Shown: positions 56,191 to 64,000 of the stretch, piece by piece
How positions within the stretch are numbered: position 1 is the stretch's first letter
How the letters are laid out: every line of letters begins with the position of its first letter
Assembly: GCA_051294375.1 (NCBI GenBank)
Contig: CM119268.1
Span: 4,144,404-4,208,403, forward strand
Reading direction: 5' to 3'
From: Paraspadella gotoi
Taxonomy: Eukaryota; Animalia; Chaetognatha
Length of the DNA stretch: 64,000 nucleotides
Program-made: the position numbers and the translations under genes
Notes under the pieces: model-generated
Database searches by the model: none
Told to the model about the DNA's origin: nothing
What the model saw: the letters and a program-made list of their open reading frames with translations, nothing else

Positions 56191-56877
56191 AGTTGTTAAA
56201 ACGGTTGGCGACAACGCTTGATCGCACTCGAAAATAAATTCCAACGGAAATATAATCCAAAGGTTTTCGTAGGAGAATCGTTGGAGCACGCCTCTTCCTC
56301 CTCCTCTCCTCCTCCCTCTCTTTCTCTTCCTCCACCTCTCCCTTCTCCTCCTCTCTCCCGTTCTTCAATTTCTTTTTATCCTTCTGTTCATCTTGTTCCT
56401 CCTCCAGTTTATCCTCATCTTTTTCCTTTATTTTATTTTTCATATATCTTTCTTTCATTTCCCACTCTTTCCTTTCCTTTATCCTCCTTCTTATTATTTT
56501 TCCTTTCATTTCCTTTTTTCTTTTCTTTCTTTTTCTTCCTTTTCTTTCCTTTATTCTTTTCTTTCTTTATCTTCCTTTTCTTTCCTTTATTCTTTTCTTT
56601 CTTCCTCTTCCTTCTCTTTCCTATCCTTTTTCCTCCATTTTAATCTTCTTTCTTTTCTTTCCTTTATTCCATTCTTTCTTCTTTACATAGAGAGAGATCA
56701 AACAATAACTCATTAAGTATAACAAGAAAAATTTTATTAATAAACTATTTGTCTGTCATATTGTAATACTCTCTCTCGCTCTCTCTCTCCTCTCTCTCTC
56801 TTCTCCTCGCTCTCTCTCTCTGTTCTTTCTTTCTTTCTTTCTCGTTCCAAATTCAGGGCACATGCCAAATTTCTCTA

Positions 56878-57857
56878 AGGGGACCTGCAGTGATAAAAAT
56901 GATATCATAAGCTAAGGTCTATCTATAAAAGGAATTTTGTAATGGTGATAGTCATTAATCTTTTCTTTGCACGGGATAAGTGGCAAAAAAATTCCCTAAA
57001 TGCTCTTATTTGTAGGCGGAAACAAAAATTTAATAATTAATGAAAAAACATTTAGTGACCCTACCCTAAGATATTTTATGATATATCCCAATTATTTTAT
57101 TTTTATATTAGAAAGTAATCTTTTACTAAATTCCAACTTTTTTATATTTTTTCTACGTAGTAAAAAGCTACATATTTTAGGGTTTAAGCTATTGAACACA
57201 AGGCTTTTCAAGACTAATATTTTCTTTATTTTTATATTTTACTTAAAAGCCGACAAATCAAACCTAAATGTCTCATTCTTACATGAAACAAAACCTTGTA
57301 AATAATTTATTAATGTAATATTCTATTCATCCCTTAAATGTATTGATTAAAACTATATTTGATTCCTTAATTATAACAATTAAATTTTAGTCAAAAAGAT
57401 AAAGAATTCTTCTTCTCTTTCTTTAATATTTTATATTACCGTTCAATTAGAGTTTCATTTTTAATTCTCAATTAAATCTTAAATTCATTTGAAAAAGAAA
57501 GTTTTAAAGTAAAAATCAGTCGATATCATTTAAAATTTTGATTCATTCCTTAGTTTTTTTTCTTTATAAATTTTTTGTTGATAATAAGCTGAAAATCTTT
57601 TAAAAATGTAAGATCTTACCTCTTTTTGGAAAAAAATAATTTTAACTTGAAAAAGATTTAGTTCTTCTTACCTCGATTTTTTAAAAGGACAAATTAATAG
57701 CTGACTGAATTTTATCGAATTATTTTTAGAACTACTTTCCCAAATTGATTTATAGAGTAGTTAAAACAATTATAGTGGTTCAGACCAGCTTAAGTAAAGG
57801 GTCAAACGTTTATTGTTTTTCAGCTTCTTTTACCCCACTGGTTCACTTGGTCCCCTG
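56878..57857. mobile_element. ~980-bp non-autonomous DNA transposon (MITE), TA target site, Tc1/mariner-type
   Basis: Ends AGGGGACCTGCAGTG ... CACTTGGTCCCCTG are inverted, with TA on both sides (56876-77, 57858-59). The duplicated segment has the empty site GAATT-TA-AGAGATTTGG at ~63121-63137. AT-rich interior with no credible coding sequence. Confidence 0.7.
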
Positions 57858-57924
57858 TAAATTCGTCTGAATTTTCTCTTCAGCTCCCAAAATTCGGTTT
57901 CGCTTTTCAAAGGCTGAGATTTTT

Positions 57925-58580
57925 TGAAAGTCGCGACCTCCAAAGACGAGAATGTTCGGTCGGGATGAACGTGTTAATCTGATGAAGAGATCGGTGAAAG
58001 ATTTAAAGGGAGGCAAGAAGAAAGAGAGGAAATAGAGGAAGAAAGAGGAAGAAAGAGAGGAAAAAAGAGGAAAAGAGAGGAAGAAAGAGGAAAGGGAAAA
58101 AGCAGGAAGAGAGAAGAAAGATTTTTGAGTCGCGACCAGTCGAGACAGAATTTGGTCGTGGATGAAACTGTTAAATCTGATGAGAGAATCGGAGGGGGCG
58201 GGGGTTAAGATTAAAAGGGAGGAAGAAAGAGAAGAAAAAGAGGAAGAATAGAGAGAAGAAATAAGGAAAAAAAGGAAGAATAGAGGAGGATAGTAAAATA
58301 AATATAAGTAAGAAGATAAATTTTGAGTCGCGACCGCTCATGAGACTAGATTTGTCGGGATGAACTGTTAATACTGATGAATGATTGGAATGTATTATAT
58401 AAGGGAGGAAGAAAGATGAGGTATAAAAGAGGAAGTATAGAGGAAGAGGATAAGATAGGAAGAGGATGAAGTAGATTTGAAGTCTGGATCTGAGCAGATG
58501 TGGAATGTATGTTAGTAGTGATTGGAAGTGCACTCGAGACGAGATTAGGAACGTATCTGAGAGAGAGGAAGATTAAGGAG
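57925..58580 (+). repeat. ~185-bp tandem repeat (GAGTCGCGACC..GGTCGGGATGAACTGTTAATCTGATGAGAGATCGG plus purine tract); inverted copies at 60190-60275 and 62415-63070
   Basis: Three to four units per array, visible directly. Confidence 0.85.
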
Positions 58581-58845
58581 AGAAAGAGAATAGACGGAAG
58601 AAAAGAAAGGAAGAAGAGAGGAAAAAAGGAAGAAAGAGAGGAAGAAAGACAGGAAAAGAGGAGAAAGAGAGGAGAAGGAAGGAAAAGAGGGGGAAGGAAG
58701 AAGAAGAAAGAAAAAAAAGAAGGAAAGAAAGAAGAAGAAAGAGACGGAAATAAAAGAAGAAAAAAGAGAAAAAGAAATAGGAAAACAAATTGAAAGAGAG
58801 AAAGAAGAGAGAAATTTTAAAATAAAACATTAAAAAATCCAAACC

Positions 58846-59085
58846 TAGTAAAGACTGGAGGCGACATGCCGCCCTCCTCCACTCCGCACCAACTCGCAAA
58901 CTCTCCACTTCACGCACTTCCCTCCCCCCTCTCCATCTCCTTCAGCCTCCCCAGGGCCTCCTCTGGGTGAAAGGCCTCGCCCGACGAGAAGGTGAAACTC
59001 GTCTCATTCGGCACAAACAGATTTTTCCATCTTTCACCTTTTCAACCTTCGCTTATCTCGTAACAGTACGACACCAGATGCTCAG
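58846..59085 (-). CDS. IgSF gene A, probable upstream Ig exon (error-rich; second copy at ~61915-62144 on +)
   Basis: The two copies give fragments ETSFTF..ARPFH and NASGE(V/F)xC, resembling the Ig D-x-G-x-Y-x-C strand. Donor ACTAG|GTTTGG. Many indels. Confidence 0.4.
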
Positions 59086-60427
59086 GTTTTTGGAGGGTGA
59101 GGAAGGGTGTAGGCTGGTACTGGAGTGGTGGTTTTGGGGGGTTGAGTTGTGAGGAGTGGTTTGGGGTGGTGGTTCTTGGGTGGTGGTTGGGGGTAATTTC
59201 GATTTTTAGGGTGTAAGATTTTGACGAGCCTGAATGTAAACGCCCTTGAAAGATAAAGGTGACTGACCACTACAACATGTCACAAGTATATATTATCACA
59301 AAGTATATTCACCAATTATTATCTAGTTTTTTAATATTTTTCCTCTCTTAGTGTTTTTTTCCGTACCTTATTATTCTCCATTACTTTTTATCTTTTTTTT
59401 CCTCTGATTTTTTTCTTTTTATTTTGTTCTTCCTTTTTTTTCTTCACACTTTTTTTTCCTTTTGACGAATTCGAATGAAAGTAGGAGAATAAACCGCAAC
59501 AGAATTTTGTTCTCTTTTTTGCAAGAGTTGGTTTCCTGTTCTTGTAGTCGTCCGTCGTCCGTCGTCGTCGTCGTTTTCGTTGTAGTCTCTTATCGTCATC
59601 GTCATCGTCGTAGTCCGTTATCTTTCCGCGGAAGTTGTTCTATTTGTCACATTATAATTCGTACGTGTGTCGTCCTTTGATCATCATCATATCAGCTTTT
59701 GTCCCGTCATTATTCGGGGTTTTTTTTATCAGTTTTTGATCGTCGGAACAGTTGTTGTTGTATGTTATTGTCTGTTCGTTTAAATTTGTGATTCGTTCAG
59801 CGCGATTGTGTTGTTGTCTGTTGTCTTCAAAAAAAGGTAGAAAAAAAGGCCGGGCAAAAAAACAGTATTCTACGAAATAAAATGGAAAGCAAAATTCATG
59901 AAAAGGATGAAAACGTGAAAAATGAGCTCCGCAATTAATTGTCGAGAAAAACCCCGGAGATGACAAAGGGAGGAAAGGAAAAAATGGGAATAGGAGAAAG
60001 AGGAAAGAAAAGGAGTTAAAGAAAAAGAGGAGAAGGAGCANNNNNNNNNNNNNNNNNNNNNNNNNTTTTTTTCTTTCTTCTTCTCCTTCCCCCTCTCTTT
60101 CCTTCCTTCTCCTCTCTTTCTTCCTCTTTTTCCTCTCTTTCTTCCTCTCTTTCTTCCTTTTTTCCTCTCTTTCTTCCTCTCTTTCTTCCTCCCTTTAATC
60201 TTCCCGATCTCTCATCAGATTAACAGTTCATCCCGACCAAATCTCGTCTCGAGGTCGCGACTCAAAAATCTTTCTTCCTCTTTTTCCTCTCTTTCTTCCT
60301 CTTTTCCCTCTCATTCTTCCTCTNNNNNNNNNNNNNNNNNNNNNNNNNCTTCAGGCTACCTTCAGCGTCGTCAAAATTGTACACCCGCTAAAATCGGAAA
60401 TTACCACCCAACAAGACCACACCCAAC

Positions 60428-61818
60428 TAGTGGTGGTTGTCACCCAAATTTGAACAAGTTTTCAGATATTAATTCACATCTTAGGGAAAATATGTTGTGA
60501 GGTAAAAAAATATAAATTGTACTACTTTTTGTCAAAATTGGTTCAACACCCTTAGTGCTACCCCGCCTAAAGGAGTAAAAAGGCACACCTTTGGGCACAT
60601 TTCGTCAATTGACTGAATCCTAGTCGAGCCAATCCACGTCCCAAAGGCTCTTATTAGTGTGTCCCACTCTTAAGTAACTGATGAGAACATTTTCAGCTTT
60701 CTCATCATTACGCAAGGCCTCACACTACAAGCAGTTACTGTGTGAATGGAGTATACGAGAACAGCAGGCTTTAAACATTTAAACTCAAAAATAAAATTAT
60801 TTCTCTTCAGATCTAATTATTTTTTTTAATATATTATCATTACTAGTAAGAGCCAAAGTGTTCCTATATTTTTAAAGGTGTGCACCACATCCTCGTGTGA
60901 TATTCCTGTACAAAATAATAAAAACATTATTTATCACTATTGTTATTTCATTTCACTTTTTTCGCAGCTTTTAAATCTACAGAGTGTAATTGTGAACATA
61001 CTAATTAGTAGTCGTCTTGCCAACAGTGCAATGGACCCTTAAAATTATCATGTCTAGATTAAATTAAAAACATAATGAGACAAGTAGTGAGATCAGTCCT
61101 ATGGTAAAAATCGCATTCATTCGCGCCGCGATGCTTAGTTTTCATAAAATTTAAAGTTGCATTTAAGTACGGACCTCGCAATGAAAAATTTTAAGAGTTA
61201 TCCACAGTTGCAAGATGGACACTAATAGTATTATGTCACAATAATACTGATAGCATTTAAAAACTGTTTAAAAAAGTACCAGTTTAATATAACAGTAGAT
61301 GATATGTTTTTAATAGCTAGCAGGAGAGTATCCACCAGGACTTGGCACACCTTATTTACAAAAGTAGGACACTTGGACTCCTAACTAATATGATAAGTAT
61401 AATAAAAAAATATGTAGATCTGACGAGAAATGATTTTTATTTTGAGTTCTAAATGGTTTAAAAACCTTGCCGTCGTCTCGATTTATATTCCATCAACAGA
61501 ACTGCCGTGTAGTGTGAGCCTCGTCATGATAGGAGTGCTTAAAAATTTTTACTGCATCTTCCTTAGAGTAGGCGGGCAATTAATACAGATCTCTTTGGAC
61601 AGTGATTGGCTTACTAGGATTCGTCATTGACGCAAAATGTTGCCCAAGCGTGTGCCTTATCCTAGGCGAGAGTTAGGCATCAACGGGTGTTTGAAACCAA
61701 TTTTGACAAAACAGTACGTACAAATTCTTATTTTTTACCTACCACAACATATTTTCCTAGATCCGCATGTGAGATTATTAATCTAAAACTTTTCAATTTG
61801 CGTGTGAACACACCACTA
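60428..61818. mobile_element. ~1.39-kb foldback/MITE element with ~620-bp inverted arms, 8-9-bp TSD (hAT- or Mutator-like)
   Basis: Starts TAGTGGTG and ends CACCACTA. Arms ~60428-61050 and ~61180-61818 align in reverse complement. Flanks ACACCCAAC / ACACCCAAA. Empty site in the other copy at ~59160-59200 (- strand). Confidence 0.72.
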
Positions 61819-63157
61819 ACACCCAAACACCACCACCCCAAACACTCCTCCAACTCAACCCCCAAACCAGCCACTCCGCAGTACCACCTACACCCCTTCC
61901 CACCCTCCAAAAACCTGAGATCTGAGTGTCGTTGGTCGAGATAAGCGAAGGTTGAGAAGGTTGAAAGATGGAAATTGTTTGTGCGAAGAGACGAGTTTCA
62001 CCTTCTGTCCGGCGAGGCCCTTTCACCCAGAGGAGGCCCTGGTGAGAGGCTCGAAGAAATGGACGATGGGGGGAGGGAATGCGAGTGGAGAAGTTTGCGT
62101 GGGTGCGGAGTGCGAGAGGGCGGCATGTCGCTCAGTCTTACTAGGTTTGGATTTTAATGTTTTATTTTTAAAATTCTCTCTCTTCTTTCTTCTTCAATTT
62201 TGTTTTCCTTATTTCTTTTTCTCTTTTTTCTTCTTTTATTTTCCGTCTCTTTCTTCTTTTCTTTCCTTCTTTTTTTTCTTTTCTTCTTCTCCTTCCCCCT
62301 CTCTTTCCTATCCTTCTCCTCTCTTTTCTCCTCTTTTCCTTCGTCTTTCTTCCTCTCTTTCTTCCTTTTTTCCTTCTCTTCGTTCCTCTCTTTCTTCCTC
62401 TATTTCTCTCTTTCTTCCTCCCTTTAATCTTCCGATGCTCTTCATCAGATTAACAGTTACATTCCCGACCATACTTCGCTCGAGTCGCAGACTTCAAAAA
62501 TCATATTCATTCCTCTTTTTCCTACTCTTTACTTTCCTCTTTCCCTCTAATATTCTTACCTCTTTTATCCTCTCTTTCTTCCTCCCTTTAAATACTTACC
62601 CAATTACATTCATCAGCTAATTAACAGTTCATCCCGACAAAATCTCAGTCTCCCATGAGGAGCCGGTCGCGACTCAAAAATCTTTCTTCCTTCTTTTCCC
62701 TCTTCTTTCTTCCTCTCTTTCTTCCCTTTTTTCCTCTCTGTTCTTCTCTCTTTCTTCCTCTTTTTCTTCTTTCTTCCTCCCTTTAATCTTCCCTCGATTC
62801 TCTCATCAGATTAACAGTTCATCCCGACCAAATCTGTCTCGACACTGGTCGCGACTCAAAAATCTTTCTTCCTCTCTTTTCCTAACGCTTTCTTTCCTCT
62901 TTTTCCTCTCTTTCTTTCCTCCTCTTCTTCCTCTTTTTTCCTCTCTTTCTTCCTCTCGTTTCTTCCTCTATTTCCTTCTCTCTTCCTCCCCTTTAAATCT
63001 TCCCGATCTCTTCTCATCAGATTAACAGTTCATCCCGACCAAATCTCGTCTTGAGGTCGCGACTCAAAAATCTCAGCCTTGAAAAGCGAAACCGAATTTT
63101 GGGCTGAAGAGAAAATTCAAGAATTTAAGAGATTTGGCTGTCGCCTGAATTTGGAAG

Positions 63158-63208
<51 letters not shown>

Positions 63209-63645
63209 CAATATGACAGACAATAGTTTAGTAATAAAATGTTTCTTGTTTAATTAATGAGTTATTGCTCTGTGAATCCTGACCTTCATTATAATCAAAG
63301 CTATTTTCTTTATATTTCATAAATAGAAATAATAATTAAAGACAAAAAAAATGAATATTATCATTAACAACAAACTTAAATAAAAAAAATATAATAGTTA
63401 AAATATAAGAAAGAGTTAAATAATTTTCAATAAAAAGTAAAATGTTTGAAAAAGAAGAATTTAAAACAAAAGTGCCGAAAGATGAATTCCCGTCAATGAT
63501 GCACTTTGCGAGTTCACTGTGCCAAAGAAAATGGAAATCTCGCTCCTTCCTACAAAATAGATTCGCCATAAGAAGACATAAAGAAAATCTCCAGATTCGG
63601 AGAACTCAGTCTTTTTAAAAGATAGAGGTGAATCTCTCTCTCTCT

Positions 63646-63683
<38 letters not shown>

Positions 63684-64000
63684 AGTTTTTCTCTTTCTTT
63701 TTCACGATTCATCCCATTTAATTCTCAAAAAGTAGTTTGAAGTTACTTAAATTAATGTGTTTCTGTAGTCCATTCGAACTTACTGACCCTTCAGCCACAG
63801 CTGCGCGGCTCAGCCAGTTTATCGCCATCTGAGACACTTTTAATATATTCCAATATGTAATGTTATAGTATACCAGTTTGATACAATTGCTTGTTTCCCC
63901 TGTTTGAATATTATCTAAAACACAAGATGAAAACAATCGACTTTTCCCAAAGCAGAATCATGCTGACTGACATCATACCTAATTCTTATGACGTCTTAGC

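Larger units (their letters stand above)
56700..63267. repeat. Inverted duplication (~56700-59245 vs ~60360-63267) with reciprocal transposon insertions
   Basis: Reverse-complement alignment by eye over the exon-like block, the ~185-bp repeats and the flanks. 25-N gaps at 60041-60065 and 60324-60348 lie between the copies. Confidence 0.9.

Noticed and set aside
57925-58580. CTGATGA in the ~185-bp tandem units as tandem hammerhead ribozymes
   Set aside because: Most copies read CTGATGAGAGATCGGGAAGATTAA, with no stem II, no consistent GAAA and no stem III/UH cleavage site.

Overview
Eukaryotic (animal-like, invertebrate-type) genomic DNA: AT-rich, dense in (AG)n/(AAAG)n/(GAC)n microsatellites, with GT-AG introns and short CpG-rich exons. 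The assembly is a draft with many N gaps. Six gaps are exactly 25 N and sit in or next to indel-rich duplicated sequence, so most ORFs in the six-frame track are microsatellite artefacts. Supportable content: (1) an intron-poor SID-1/SIDT-family gene on + (10065-12957) with the Zn-site motifs intact but an in-frame TGA and at least one frameshift; (2) a multi-exon type-I membrane immunoglobulin-superfamily (IgSF) gene on - (38273 to at least 56050, probably 59085), plus exons of one or two further IgSF-like genes on the same strand; (3) several non-autonomous mobile elements, two of them present in one copy of a duplicated segment and absent from the other. The strongest novelty candidate is a ~750-bp miniature LTR-like element (25833-26579). 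Each of its two ~255-bp direct repeats carries a sequence that I can fold by eye into a P5-permuted twister self-cleaving ribozyme, which suggests a twister-based retrozyme releasing a ~491-nt, possibly circular RNA. All calls come from manual reading; no searches or folding programs were run.
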